Virus record (IMG/VR): IMGVR_UViG_3300032095_000040
Span: 1-48,116 of that record
DNA length: 48,116 nucleotides
Origin: a virus
Taxonomy: Duplodnaviria; Caudoviricetes
Direction: 5' to 3' (one strand)
The notes beneath the pieces were generated by a model that saw only the letters and a program-made list of their open reading frames with translations, ran no database searches and was not told the DNA's origin. Positions 15,848-25,932 of this stretch are shown piece by piece (within the stretch, counting starts at the first letter, position 1; each line of letters begins with the position of its first letter). The position numbers were made by a program, and so were the translations under genes.

Positions 15848-17209
15848 TTAGAGCGAGTAGGTCAGGTTCCCGCGGATGGTCACCGCATGGATGGCGCCGG
15901 CCAGCCGCGCGGTGAACGAGACGTCGTTCAGCACACGGTTGGCCTTGTCGTTGAAGGGCACGTTGGCGGACAGCGGCGCGCTGATCGTGTACGACGGGAT
16001 CTTCCGGCCGTCCTCGTCCAGTTCCTCCGGCGCGATGCCGTTCCGGGCGACGCCCAAGTCGAGCGCCTTGCGCATCGCGGTGGTCACGATCGCGATCCCG
16101 CCATCGGTGTACGGCACCTTGCCATTTGCCGATGCGTTGACCAGCGCCGAGACGACGTTGATCTTGATCTGCTCGGCCAGCCAGTCGCGGAAGCGGATCA
16201 CGTCGATCCACTCGCCGGCCGCCACCTTGCCGCCCTGCGTGATCGCGAAGTTGCGGAACGGCTCGAAGGTGTTGGCGTTCTTCGCGCGCGCGGCGATCGA
16301 CGCCCCTTCCTGCAGGTTGTCAACGGTGATGCCGGCCAGTCGCACGTTCGCCCAGGTCTCGCCGCCCGGATAGATGGTGAAGCGGTTGCCCGAGATCGCC
16401 GCTTCCAGCCATTCGGTCGCCGCAGCGGCGTGATACCAGAGGTGGGTGCGGAAGTACTGCTTGTCGCGCAGCTTGCTGGCGATGTCGGTATTGGAGCCCG
16501 GATCGAGGATGCTGGCTTGGCTCGACGACACGCCGAGCAGCTTCTCGTTGGTCTCGACCCATTCAGCGGCCGCCAGGATGTCGGCTTCCGCGTGGCTGTG
16601 CAGCACGACGCCGTACCAGTCGTCGTTCTGGCGCCGGCACGCAGCCAGCGCTTCGCCAAGGGGCTCTGTGCTGGTCGGCGTCTGCATTTCGAGGTTGCCG
16701 GCCAGGCTGATCGCGATGGCCGCGCCGTCCACCTCCGGCGTGATGGTCACGACCGCGCCGGTGGTAGTCGTGGCCACGGGGGCTGCGGTCGCCTCGATCG
16801 CTGCGGCCAGGCCCTGCGCAATCAGCGTCTCGGTGTCGGCCGCCAGCCCGGTATAAGTCGCCGTCGCGGTCTGGGCAGCGCCGTTGGCGTCGTACCAGCT
16901 GAGCGTGACGGCATATTGCGACTGCGACGCGCGGGTGACCGCCACGTCGATATCATCGACGCCCTGGCGGCCTACGAAGCATCGATTCAGGGTCGGAATC
17001 TGCTTGAAGGCGTCCCGCACCGCAGCGTAGATCGGCGACGTGCTGGGCAAGCCCATATCCAGCAGCTCGTCAGCCTCCGTCACGGCGATGACGCGCGGGA
17101 GCGACAGGGCATGCGGCCCGATCACCAGCAGGTCGGAAAAGGACTGTTCCTTGATCGCCGTGGTGCTGAGCGAAATTTGGACGTTGACGATCCGATCCAA
17201 GTTAGCCAT
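15848..17209 (-). CDS. tail sheath protein (DUF3383-like)
   Basis: IVNV.I, PG.ETWA, GEWIDVIRFRDWL, KVPYTD.G, LAGAIH. Confidence 0.9.
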   Translation of the reverse strand: MANLDRIVNVQISLSTTAIKEQSFSDLLVIGPHALSLPRVIAVTEADELLDMGLPSTSPIYAAVRDAFKQIPTLNRCFVGRQGVDDIDVAVTRASQSQYAVTLSWYDANGAAQTATATYTGLAADTETLIAQGLAAAIEATAAPVATTTTGAVVTITPEVDGAAIAISLAGNLEMQTPTSTEPLGEALAACRRQNDDWYGVVLHSHAEADILAAAEWVETNEKLLGVSSSQASILDPGSNTDIASKLRDKQYFRTHLWYHAAAATEWLEAAISGNRFTIYPGGETWANVRLAGITVDNLQEGASIAARAKNANTFEPFRNFAITQGGKVAAGEWIDVIRFRDWLAEQIKINVVSALVNASANGKVPYTDGGIAIVTTAMRKALDLGVARNGIAPEELDEDGRKIPSYTISAPLSANVPFNDKANRVLNDVSFTARLAGAIHAVTIRGNLTYSL

Positions 17210-17248
17210 TTGATGAGGTCCTTGTAGGTAAGTGAAGCGCTCGGCCGT

Positions 17249-17755
17249 CTAGATCGTGCAGCCGGGGTGGTAGCGCCGCTTTGCGGCCCGATACGCGACG
17301 TGCGCCTCCTCGGGAGACGAGAACAGCCCGAGGTGCAGGTGCTTTCCGCTCACACAGATCGTGGCCCGGTATCGCCCCTTCGACGCCATGTAGCTGACAC
17401 CGAGCAGACCAGCGGTCTTGTTGTCCCTGCGCGCGGCTCGTAAGTTCTGTGAGTTGACGGAAGAGGTCGCGTCGCGGAGGTTTGCAAACCGGTTATCCGT
17501 TCGAACTCCGTTGCGGTGATCCACCTCCCCGCCCGGCCAGCATCCCGTCACGTGCAACCAGGCAAGCCGATGGGCCAGATACTGGCGGCCGTCGATACGA
17601 ATGCGGAGATATCCGTCGGAAGTCGAAAGGCAACCCGCAACGTTGCCGGCCCGCGCGGTGGAGCCACGGTGAACCCGATTCGTGAAAATTCCGGTAGTCG
17701 GGTCGTAGTGCAGCAACGCGCGTAGACGGTCAGCGGTCAGTTCGCTCGTGGCCAT
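17249..17755 (-). CDS. HNH homing endonuclease with AP2-like C-terminus
   Basis: AHRLAW, VDHRNG.R.DNR..NLR, LGVS, HLGLF..EEA..AY. Confidence 0.88.
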   Translation of the reverse strand: MATSELTADRLRALLHYDPTTGIFTNRVHRGSTARAGNVAGCLSTSDGYLRIRIDGRQYLAHRLAWLHVTGCWPGGEVDHRNGVRTDNRFANLRDATSSVNSQNLRAARRDNKTAGLLGVSYMASKGRYRATICVSGKHLHLGLFSSPEEAHVAYRAAKRRYHPGCTI

Positions 17756-17800
17756 TCGCGGCTCCAAATGAAATCGCCGCCCGGAGGCGGCGTCGGTCTT

Positions 17801-18313
17801 CTATTCCACGCTGGCGTGGATCGTGATCGTTGGACCCGGCAGCGCGCCGCCGTCCGTTGTTCCGGTGATGTTCACCTTTTCGATGACGCCCACGTCATCC
17901 GCAAGCGTCGTCGTGTAGTCGATGGTCAGCTCGAGAACCGCGCGCGGCTCGTACGTCGTAGCGTCGCGCAGCACCGGCACCTGCCGAAGCTGGCCGACGG
18001 CCGTCACGGCCAAGTCGAGCTGCTCGGCCCGGTCCAATGCCGCCTGCATGTGCAGGCGCTGGCCAAGCGCGTCGAGGGCGTTCATGCAGCCCCAGCCGAA
18101 GCACTGCAGCTCCACCTGTGCGGAGCGGTGGGCGGAGACTGCCTGTACGCCGGCGTCGTCGACCGGACCGCGATGAACCGGCAGTCGACTGGCTGGGTTC
18201 ACCCGCAGCGCGATGTACGGCTTAGGCGGCCGGGGCCCGTTCTCGTCGGCGAAGATCACTGGCGCAGTCGCCGCAGTGGTGATCAGGTCGTAAATGGCCT
18301 GCTCCGGCGTCAT
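17801..18313 (-). CDS. neck / tail terminator protein
   Basis: VIFADENGPRP..PY, YE.RA motifs; position before sheath. Confidence 0.75.
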   Translation of the reverse strand: MTPEQAIYDLITTAATAPVIFADENGPRPPKPYIALRVNPASRLPVHRGPVDDAGVQAVSAHRSAQVELQCFGWGCMNALDALGQRLHMQAALDRAEQLDLAVTAVGQLRQVPVLRDATTYEPRAVLELTIDYTTTLADDVGVIEKVNITGTTDGGALPGPTITIHASVE

Positions 18314-18672
18314 GGCTCCACCTCCAGGACGGCGAGATAGCGGTAGTGCGAGATCACGCCGGACTGCCACGGGCTGACGGCGCGCACCAGGTAGTGGCCG
18401 GGTCGCGGCCCGTGCGGCCAGACGACACGATCGCCGTTGGTGTTGTCGGCACCGGCCACGGTCAGCACCGCGTCGGTGTAGACGCGCACCATCGCCGCCA
18501 CTCGCCGCCCTTCCGACAGCGCCTGCAGCGTGTCGTAGTCGGACAACGTGGCCGGCTGGACCGACGCCATGATGGTGTCTGCTGGGCCGTCCGGCCCTCC
18601 CACCCAACGCCCGCCCACCCAGTGCCCGGCGGAGCGCCGGATCACCTGCACGGGTCTGCGAAAGCTGCTCAT
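18310..18672 (-). CDS. head-closure protein
   Basis: G.WV.G, ASVQP, EGRR, D.V.W motifs. Confidence 0.75.
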   Translation of the reverse strand: MSSFRRPVQVIRRSAGHWVGGRWVGGPDGPADTIMASVQPATLSDYDTLQALSEGRRVAAMVRVYTDAVLTVAGADNTNGDRVVWPHGPRPGHYLVRAVSPWQSGVISHYRYLAVLEVEP

Positions 18673-19124
18673 AGCTTCTGGTACCGGATAGCGTTCAGCA
18701 TCGTGCCGTGGTCGATCAGCGGCGTGCTGCTGCCCTTGAGCTTGACGGTGGCCGGCGCATTCGGGACTGCCCAGGCCGGCGACTGCTGAACGTGCCGCTT
18801 CTGGTGCTTCTCGACCCACAGGCCGAGCGTGTCCATGGCCGTCGTCGGGCTGGCGCCAGCGGCGACCGCGTCGGCCTGCCGATCCATCGCCGTGCCGAGC
18901 ACCGTCCGGTTCTTCTCGAAGAAGTCCCGCACGAACGGCCGGGCCGGGATGGTCTCGGTGCCGTACTCGTTAAAGATGGCGATGTCGAGCAGGTCCGTTC
19001 CGGAGTTCGGGTCCTTGCCGGCGTCGGCCTGGATGCCGACCTTGACGCCGCGGCCGCTCAGCTTCGACATGCCGCGCACGTACTTGGCCAGGCCACGATC
19101 AATGACCTTCACAGCAGCAGCCAT
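18669..19124 (-). CDS. virion morphogenesis / tail completion protein
   Basis: VKVG, NEYGT..IPARPF, PNAP.T..KG...PLIDHG. Confidence 0.8.
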   Translation of the reverse strand: MAAAVKVIDRGLAKYVRGMSKLSGRGVKVGIQADAGKDPNSGTDLLDIAIFNEYGTETIPARPFVRDFFEKNRTVLGTAMDRQADAVAAGASPTTAMDTLGLWVEKHQKRHVQQSPAWAVPNAPATVKLKGSSTPLIDHGTMLNAIRYQKL

Positions 19125-19491
19125 GGAGATGCCTCCCGACGGTGATGGCGCCGTACCCGCACAGGTCGGCGAGGCGCTTGTACTGGCCGTAGAAGCCCAA
19201 CGGATCAGCCACGCCGTCGGCGCCCGCCGTGCTGCCGAACGTACGCGCGAGGTCGCCTTCCTTCTCGCTGACCACGCCGGGCCGAATGACAGCGCCGCCG
19301 TCGGCGGTCTGCTGCATACGCTGGTACAGCAGCCACGCGGCATACCAGGCCTGCGCCTCGTCCTGCTTGGCTTCGGGCAGACACGACGGCCGGTAGGCAG
19401 CCGCCATCGAGAGCGCCCGATTCTTGTCCGCCTCGGCGGCGTCCGCGACAGCCGGCGCCAGGAAGTCGAGCAACTCGATGGTGGCCGCCAT
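19099..19491 (-). CDS. head-tail adaptor (DUF4054-like)
   Basis: SEKEGDL...YGQY motif; position. Confidence 0.7.
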   Translation of the reverse strand: MAATIELLDFLAPAVADAAEADKNRALSMAAAYRPSCLPEAKQDEAQAWYAAWLLYQRMQQTADGGAVIRPGVVSEKEGDLARTFGSTAGADGVADPLGFYGQYKRLADLCGYGAITVGRHLHGCCCEGH

Positions 19492-19494
19492 GGC

Positions 19495-19791
19495 TTACTT
19501 CCCCGCCGCGTCGAACAGCGCCTGCAGATCGGCCTTCTTGGCGTTGTCCGGGAAGTCGATGCCCAGCTCGGTCAGCGCGGCTTTGAGTTCAGCCACGGTG
19601 GCCGGCGAGCCGTCACCTTGGCCGCCCTGCTCTTGCACAGGCGCGTCGGGCACTTCCTCGAGCACGCCACGCTTGAGCAGCGCCGAAACGCCGGGCGTCT
19701 TCAGGTCGATGTCGGCCGAGCCCAGCGGCGGGATGATGGTCGTGCCGCGGATCGACACGACGTGCGTGGAGACGTTCTTGACGTTTGCCAT
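19495..19791 (-). CDS. small head-associated protein with C-terminal HeH/Rho-N-like motif
   Basis: TVAELKAAL...GI.F...AKKADL. Confidence 0.7.
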   Translation of the reverse strand: MANVKNVSTHVVSIRGTTIIPPLGSADIDLKTPGVSALLKRGVLEEVPDAPVQEQGGQGDGSPATVAELKAALTELGIDFPDNAKKADLQALFDAAGK

Positions 19792-19792
19792 G

Positions 19793-20752
19793 TCAGATTC
19801 CCTCGCCCTTGGTCAGCGCCAGCGGGTAGTGCACGGTCACGCCGGCGGTACGCGCCAGGCACGGCACCACCAGTTCCAGGTTGCGCGCCTGGGCCGGCAG
19901 TTGGTTGAACGGCATCACCAAGTCCAGGTTCAGGTTCTCGGCGCTGCGCTCGTAGAAGATCGCGACGTCGGTACCGCCCGCGCCGGCACCGGTCAGCTCG
20001 GGGACTTCCTCGAATGCGAAGCCCGGGTGCTGCTTGATGAAGAACTCGGCGACCGTCTGGCCGCCGGAGTCGGGAAGGCGCTTCGAATACAGCGCCGCGT
20101 GCTGGGCGCTCGGCACGGCACCGATGTTCGGGGTGTGCACGCCCTTGGACTGCACGCGCACCGTGTTGTAGAGCGCGTTCAGGTCGGCCAGGATCTGGTC
20201 GGCTGTGGTGGCCGCGTCGTCCCAGTTACCGTTCAGGCCGGCGGTGATGCCGATGTTCGGGTGGTTGACCAGGCCGTACAGACCGTAATCGGCGTCTCCG
20301 ACCATGGCGATCTGGTTCAGCTTGATCTCGACGGCCCGGCGCGCCGCATCAGCCTTGCGGGTCGGCAGGTTCTGGCCCAGCGCCACGCTGGCGCGCAGCT
20401 CGTTGATGTTGTAGCCGTAGCTGTCGCCGATGTCCTTGACCCGGATGGTCTTCTCGGTGCCCTTCACGTCCGCGCGCGGCAGGTCGTCGGCGTAGTTAGC
20501 CACGATCTTGGCCATGCCGACCTGGTCGTACATGCGGAAGGTGACGGTCTCCGCCCACTCCGGCACGTCCGTCTCGATCGGCACGAGCTGCAGGCCCTTC
20601 ATCGGCGGCAGCTTCTTGTTGTAGACGCGAGCCTTGACGTAGTCGAGCTGGCGCGCCGTGAAGATCGACTCGTCCTCGCGCAGGCCGCCCATCTGAGGCG
20701 CGATTGCGCGGACGCCAGCCAGATCGGCTTCGTCGTAGTGCAGGTGTTCCAT
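19793..20752 (-). CDS. major capsid protein (DUF2184-like)
   Basis: 319 aa; G.AK..A..A.DLP, YGLVNHPN; position after cement gene. Confidence 0.9.
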   Translation of the reverse strand: MEHLHYDEADLAGVRAIAPQMGGLREDESIFTARQLDYVKARVYNKKLPPMKGLQLVPIETDVPEWAETVTFRMYDQVGMAKIVANYADDLPRADVKGTEKTIRVKDIGDSYGYNINELRASVALGQNLPTRKADAARRAVEIKLNQIAMVGDADYGLYGLVNHPNIGITAGLNGNWDDAATTADQILADLNALYNTVRVQSKGVHTPNIGAVPSAQHAALYSKRLPDSGGQTVAEFFIKQHPGFAFEEVPELTGAGAGGTDVAIFYERSAENLNLDLVMPFNQLPAQARNLELVVPCLARTAGVTVHYPLALTKGEGI

Positions 20753-20772
20753 GTTTTTCCCTCGCGGAAATG

Positions 20773-20797
20773 AAAAAGCCCGCGCGCGGCGGGCTCT
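20773..20797 (-). terminator. intrinsic terminator-like hairpin upstream of the capsid gene
   Basis: AGCCCGC/GCGGGCT plus T5 on the minus strand. Confidence 0.6.
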
Positions 20798-20815
20798 CGT
20801 GGTTCTGGATCTGGG

Positions 20816-21265
20816 TTACGCCGCGGCAGGCACCGAGAACGGGTTGTGCAGCTCGACAGCCACGATCTCGACGCCATCGCTGGTCGTCACCTTGGCGCTG
20901 CGGAACACCGCGTTCGGCAGCGTGTTGGCGCCCGCGTCGGAGACCGTGCCGTCGGCGGCGAACTTGACCGGGCCGTCTTTCGTCACGGCGGCGGCCGGCG
21001 TCACGCGCGCCCACACCAGACCGCGCGTCATGATCGAAGCGCAGTCGTACTGCACGTAGGTCTGCGCCGTGATCGTGTGCGACTGCAGCGTGATGCCGCG
21101 CACCTTGGTACCGGGGCCGGGAACGAGCCGGCCCTGCGCGTCCGTACCGGTCACGACCCCGATCGGCAGGTTGCCCGCGACGGGAAACGACTCGACGCGG
21201 TCATCGCCTGAATCCACCTTCATGCCCGCGAAGGCGACGTCCTGATAGTTCTCATACATGGTCAT
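20816..21265 (-). CDS. capsid cement / decoration protein
   Basis: AFAGM, G.VW motifs; between scaffold and capsid genes. Confidence 0.75.
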   Translation of the reverse strand: MTMYENYQDVAFAGMKVDSGDDRVESFPVAGNLPIGVVTGTDAQGRLVPGPGTKVRGITLQSHTITAQTYVQYDCASIMTRGLVWARVTPAAAVTKDGPVKFAADGTVSDAGANTLPNAVFRSAKVTTSDGVEIVAVELHNPFSVPAAA

Positions 21266-22323
21266 TCACCCCCACGCTGTTGCGCGATCATCTTGCTGCG
21301 GGCGGAAGCGGCCGATTGCGGCTGGCCATCCTTGCCGTCCATGTTGGTCTTGGTCTGCATCTCCTTGCGCTGGCTCGCCAGTGCGTCGGCGCGCTGGCCC
21401 TTCTCCGCCACCGCCAGGTCGTAGGCCGCCTCGATGTAGGCGTCCGACTTGCCAGCCACGTCGAAGCTGTCGCCGCGGACGGCCTTGATCACGGCGACGC
21501 GAATGTCCTTGTCAGCCATGTCCTGCTTGATATCGACGCCGTGCGCCTTGGCCTCGGACTCGAGCCGGGTGCGGGCCAGCGCCTGCGCCAGACCATCGGC
21601 GCGGGCTTGCTCGACATCCTTCTCGGCCTTGTCGGCGCGAGCCTTCTCGGTGTCGGCGCGGGCTTCCGCGCTGTCGGCGCGCGTGGCCTCGGCCTTCACC
21701 TTGGCCCGCAGGGCCTCCAGTTCCTGGGCTACCTCGGGCGCGGCGTCGTACGACAGTCCCGAGTCCAGGCGAACTTTCACCATGTTCATGGGTTCGCTTT
21801 CCTCATCGTTGGTCAAATCGGCATCCGCCGCGTCCAGATTCAGGCGGGCATTCCCCGCCCGGCCAGCTTTCACCAGGGCCAGATGGTTGATGCGGATGTT
21901 TCGCTGTACCGCGTCGTACCGCTGCCCGTTCCACTCCCCCGGCGTTTCGTCGAGGTCGAGGGTGTAGCCGAGGGACAACTCCTTCTTGCCCTCGGCGATA
22001 GGCGCGGTGTCGTAGATGACCACCTCGCCCACCATGTTGTCGCCGTCCTGCCGCCCTTCCGTGAGCACGGCGCCCACGGTGTGCTGCTTGGCGTTGCGCG
22101 CGGTCACTAGGCCGGGATGGCCGTTGGTGATCGGCTTGCCCTTGAGGCTGGCCAGCGAGTCGGCGTGGAAGACCTCCTCCGGCGGCCGGAATTCCAGCCG
22201 CGTCGAGCCGTCCGGATTCTTGTACGGAAAGATGCCGGTCCGGGTCAGGATCGGCGTGTCCGTGATGAATCCCTCGCGCGTGCTCGTTGCCTTGAGCGGC
22301 GCGGTATCGAATCGCATCACCAT
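21262..22323 (-). CDS. prohead protease/scaffold (DUF2213-like)
   Basis: RTGIF.Y, SL.GKPIT..HP, ELSLGY, NHLALV..GRAG. Confidence 0.88.
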   Translation of the reverse strand: MVMRFDTAPLKATSTREGFITDTPILTRTGIFPYKNPDGSTRLEFRPPEEVFHADSLASLKGKPITNGHPGLVTARNAKQHTVGAVLTEGRQDGDNMVGEVVIYDTAPIAEGKKELSLGYTLDLDETPGEWNGQRYDAVQRNIRINHLALVKAGRAGNARLNLDAADADLTNDEESEPMNMVKVRLDSGLSYDAAPEVAQELEALRAKVKAEATRADSAEARADTEKARADKAEKDVEQARADGLAQALARTRLESEAKAHGVDIKQDMADKDIRVAVIKAVRGDSFDVAGKSDAYIEAAYDLAVAEKGQRADALASQRKEMQTKTNMDGKDGQPQSAASARSKMIAQQRGGE

Positions 22324-22335
22324 CGTTTGTCACCT

Positions 22336-23172
22336 TCAGTGGACGATCAGAGCATCCAGGTCATCGAGATCGGGCAGCACGGGCTCTGCCCAGCAGCGGC
22401 AGCGAATCGGCTCGCCGGGGTGGCCATCGTCCGGCGGCGTGTCCCACGAGATGACCTTGCCTTCGCGAGCGACGTGCGCATCCCGCTCGCGCGCGTCCAG
22501 CGTGCCGCGCCACCGGTATTCGGAGACGCCGACATTCGTTTGCCGGTAGCCGGTCAACCGGCCATTGAGCTTGCCGATCTGGTCTCGCGCGATCAGCTCG
22601 GCCCGCTCCATCGGCAGCCGGTAGGTGTCCCGAACGAAGGCGGTCAGGCTGCGCAGCGACTCGCCGCGCGCGACGGCGGCCACGATCCGGCCCTGCAGGT
22701 TGTCGAGGTACTGGGTCGGAATCGACTTGATCAGGCGCAGGTTCTCGGCCTCCCAGACACGCATCAGCGGGCCGATGCCGGGCTCGGCCGTCACGATGTC
22801 GACGCCGTACGCGCCGCGCAGCAGCGCGTGGAACTGGTTGCTGTTGAAGGCGTCGACGCGGCCGGCGAACAGGTCGATGACGTTGCGCAGCGCCTCGTCG
22901 GAGACTGCAGCAGCGGCCAGCGCTTCGGCGAATGCCACCTCGAGCGCCGTGTACCAGCGGTCATCCTCCGGCGGCCGGTTCAGGTCATCGCCTCGCACCT
23001 CGGCCAGCGCCGGGATGATGTAGCGCTCCGCCGCCTGCACCGTCCGGTCGGCAACGCCCTGAACGGCCCGCACGTACTCCCGCTCGATCGCCGCCGGATG
23101 CAGCCATTTCTTAGGTCTGCGCGGCGTACTGCGTGGCCGCCGTCCGGCTGCCCTCAGCGCGTTCAAGTCCAT
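22336..23172 (-). CDS. minor head morphogenesis protein (Mu F/SPP1 gp7-like)
   Basis: RAELIARDQ.GKLN, Y.W...D.R.R..H, PG.PIRCRC. Confidence 0.9.
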   Translation of the reverse strand: MDLNALRAAGRRPRSTPRRPKKWLHPAAIEREYVRAVQGVADRTVQAAERYIIPALAEVRGDDLNRPPEDDRWYTALEVAFAEALAAAAVSDEALRNVIDLFAGRVDAFNSNQFHALLRGAYGVDIVTAEPGIGPLMRVWEAENLRLIKSIPTQYLDNLQGRIVAAVARGESLRSLTAFVRDTYRLPMERAELIARDQIGKLNGRLTGYRQTNVGVSEYRWRGTLDARERDAHVAREGKVISWDTPPDDGHPGEPIRCRCWAEPVLPDLDDLDALIVH

Positions 23173-24385
23173 ACCTGCCTTCCGCGACCAGATGGTCCTT
23201 GCCCTCTTCCTCGCTGATTACGCCGCGGTCGATCAGGCCGCCGAGCGCGTCGGCTTCCGCCTTCTCGGCTTCCGCGTTGGCTTTGCGCACCTCAGCCTTT
23301 TCCTTGTCGGTCGGGCTTTGCAGCGCCGGCCAGGTGATCGTCCACTGGTCGACCTTCTTGGCGACGCTCTTCTGCGCAAGGATCAACGACACCAGCCGCT
23401 CCAGCGCCGGCGTGCCGCGGTTGCGCTGGTAGTTCTCGACCATGTCGTAGAAGCCGTCGAAGTCCGCCTGGCCGGTCGAGTTCATCCCGGCCGGCGAGCG
23501 GCCGAACAGCAGCGTGACCGGGATGCCGGTCTCAGCAGACAGCGCAATCTGGAACTCGGCGACCACGTCGCGGACGCCGCTGACGTTGGTGTCCTCGATG
23601 CGGTATTGGTCCTCGCCGTCGACGGCCACGGTGTTACGCACGTTCCGCACGGCGTCGACCAGACCGATCCGCTTCTGCACCACGCCTTCCATGTCAGCCT
23701 GGATCAGCTCGGCCAGGCCCTTCATGCCGTAGATGGCCTGCTGCTTCCGCTCCAGAATGCTCAGGGCCCACCGCAAGGACTGGCGATACTGGTTGATCAC
23801 GGCGTAGGGGCGGGTCACCGCACTGCGGCCGGCCCATGGCACGCCCTTGATCGCGGTCATGCGGCGCGGCAACGGGTCGCCGGAGATCGGGATCAGGCGG
23901 CTCTCGTGGACGGTGAACTCCCCCTCGGCGACGCCCGTGACGTTCACCCGAACGCGGTACCGCTCCGGCGTGCCGAAGTTCGACTTGGTCGGGTCGAGGT
24001 AGCGATCGTCCGTCGCGCTGATGTCGTCCAGGTCGAAGACCTTCAGCTCTTCGATACGCTGCAGGGCACCGACATTGAGCGGGTCGCGCAGGAGGCCTCC
24101 ATCGTCCGCCACCAGCACGATAGCCGCGGCGCCGGTCAGCCGCGCCCACCGGATGCCGTCGGCCAGGGCCGGCAGCGCCTTGAGGCGGTCCAGCTCATTG
24201 GCCACCACGCTCTCCGTGTCGCCGTCGATGGTCACGCCGCGCGCGACAGCGGCGTCGGCCGGCATGTCGACGACCCGGCCATACAGGCCGCCCGTGGCGT
24301 AGAGCTCGATGGCCGACTGCGGCACGAGCTGCGGCGCCAGGGCGCGACTGCCCAGCAGCGCCGATTCGTATCCGTCGAGTCTCAT
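23111..24385 (-). CDS. portal protein (DUF1073-like)
   Basis: H.SRL, IPVT.LFGRSP.G.NSTG..D motifs; follows TerL. Confidence 0.88.
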   Translation of the reverse strand: MRLDGYESALLGSRALAPQLVPQSAIELYATGGLYGRVVDMPADAAVARGVTIDGDTESVVANELDRLKALPALADGIRWARLTGAAAIVLVADDGGLLRDPLNVGALQRIEELKVFDLDDISATDDRYLDPTKSNFGTPERYRVRVNVTGVAEGEFTVHESRLIPISGDPLPRRMTAIKGVPWAGRSAVTRPYAVINQYRQSLRWALSILERKQQAIYGMKGLAELIQADMEGVVQKRIGLVDAVRNVRNTVAVDGEDQYRIEDTNVSGVRDVVAEFQIALSAETGIPVTLLFGRSPAGMNSTGQADFDGFYDMVENYQRNRGTPALERLVSLILAQKSVAKKVDQWTITWPALQSPTDKEKAEVRKANAEAEKAEADALGGLIDRGVISEEEGKDHLVAEGRYGLERAEGSRTAATQYAAQT

Positions 24386-24390
24386 AGTTG

Positions 24391-25932
24391 TCAGCTTGCA
24401 AGTGCCAAGTGTCGGGCCAGCATTGCCATGGCGCCGCCGTCGGCCAGCGCATAGACCGCGCTGTCGCCCTTGTCCGGACTGCGGCCGATCCGCTTCTTGA
24501 TTTCTTCCTTCGACTCGACCTGGATGCCGCGTGCGGTCATCTTCCACCGCGGCGCGCAGAGGTCGGCGGCCAGTTGCGGGTCAGGAGGAAGTGCCAAGTC
24601 GTCGCCGTGGATCGGGTCCAGTGCTTCCCGCATCCGCCACCACCACTCGGCGCGCTTGTTCACGAAGCCTAGATGACCGGTGCGGTCCTTGGCTTCAGAA
24701 CCCTCTGCCCCATTCATTGCCACGGCGTAGACCTTGATCCTGCCCTTCAGGATGTCGTACGGGCTTGTGCCGACGCCGATCACGTCGATGTTGACCGCCG
24801 TGCGTGCCTGGCGCAGCAGCAGGACTTGCGCCGCGACCGCCTCCCCGTCTGGCGTCTCTTTGCCGGGGATCGAGACTTGGGGGGCGAACCAGTTGCCGTG
24901 CCGCGGCGACAGGATCGTCTTGTCCTGCCCGCCGCGCGCCACGTCCACTCCCAGCGCGGTCATTGGCGCGTCGCACTCCGGACGCTGGACCCAGCGCCTC
25001 TGCGCCATTCGGACCCATTCGCTCGGGATGATCTGCCAGCGGTCATCCTGCCGGCCCGCGCCGAAGTCGCCGTACAGCATCTTGCTGCGCAGCGGCTCGG
25101 GCAGCGCCTGCAGCTTGGCCACGTAGCCGGAATCGGCATAGAACGGGTTGTCCGTGACCCGCGCCGGGATGAAGGTGCGCGTCAGCGGCCGGATGATGTC
25201 GACCTTCTTGACCTTCTGCGGGTCGAAGTCATACACCCGTTGACCATCCACCAGGATGAACGGATCTCCGGTCTCGCACTCGTGCTGTTCGCCGTCGATC
25301 GACGCGAACCAGCGCAGCTCGCCGGGTGCGGCCGGGTTCGGGTGCGCCGGATCGAGCCACGGCGCGAACCACTTATTCAGCCAGTCGCCAGTCGCGTCCG
25401 TCGGCGGGTTCGAGCAGAGCAGCACCTGGCAGTGCTGGTCGGGGTCCTCACTGCGGTTCCAGCCGGCGATGAACTCGACCTGAGACTCCAGGAAGTTGGC
25501 CGCCTCATCGAAGACCTTCAGGTCGTGCGGCCGCCCCTGGAACTTGTTCTTGTCGGCCTCGTGCTGGACGGAGCCGAATTCGATGATGCGGCGCTTGCCG
25601 GCGAATTCGCAGCGCCAAACCTTATCGCCGTAGCGTCCGTATTCACTGTAGAGCTCTTCCGCCCGCTGCAAGATGCCCTTGAGCTGCGGAAACTCGCGCC
25701 GCAGGATCAGCGATCGCTGGTGCTGGGTCAGCGCCTTGCCGAGCGCCAGGTCGGTTTTGCCGCCGCCGGCCGCGCCGCCGTACAGCAGCACATCGGCCCG
25801 GCAGGCGTAAGCCATGGACTGCGGCCCGGGCAGCGGCTTCCAATTCAGCCGGTTGCGCGCCTTAAGTGTCTGCAGCAGCACCAGCTTGTCGGCTGCGCTC
25901 CAGTTGCGCCAGTTCTGCCTCGATTGCTGCAT
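24391..25932 (-). CDS. terL: terminase large subunit
   Basis: YGGAAGGGKT Walker A, FDEA Walker B, LGVDVARGG.D and SPD.GDS nuclease motifs. Confidence 0.93.
   Translation of the reverse strand: MQQSRQNWRNWSAADKLVLLQTLKARNRLNWKPLPGPQSMAYACRADVLLYGGAAGGGKTDLALGKALTQHQRSLILRREFPQLKGILQRAEELYSEYGRYGDKVWRCEFAGKRRIIEFGSVQHEADKNKFQGRPHDLKVFDEAANFLESQVEFIAGWNRSEDPDQHCQVLLCSNPPTDATGDWLNKWFAPWLDPAHPNPAAPGELRWFASIDGEQHECETGDPFILVDGQRVYDFDPQKVKKVDIIRPLTRTFIPARVTDNPFYADSGYVAKLQALPEPLRSKMLYGDFGAGRQDDRWQIIPSEWVRMAQRRWVQRPECDAPMTALGVDVARGGQDKTILSPRHGNWFAPQVSIPGKETPDGEAVAAQVLLLRQARTAVNIDVIGVGTSPYDILKGRIKVYAVAMNGAEGSEAKDRTGHLGFVNKRAEWWWRMREALDPIHGDDLALPPDPQLAADLCAPRWKMTARGIQVESKEEIKKRIGRSPDKGDSAVYALADGGAMAMLARHLALAS

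Noticed and set aside
23111-24385. Anti-CBASS Acb1 fusion on a DUF1073-type portal
   Set aside because: The protein ends after the portal domain; no 2H-phosphoesterase HxT/S pair is evident
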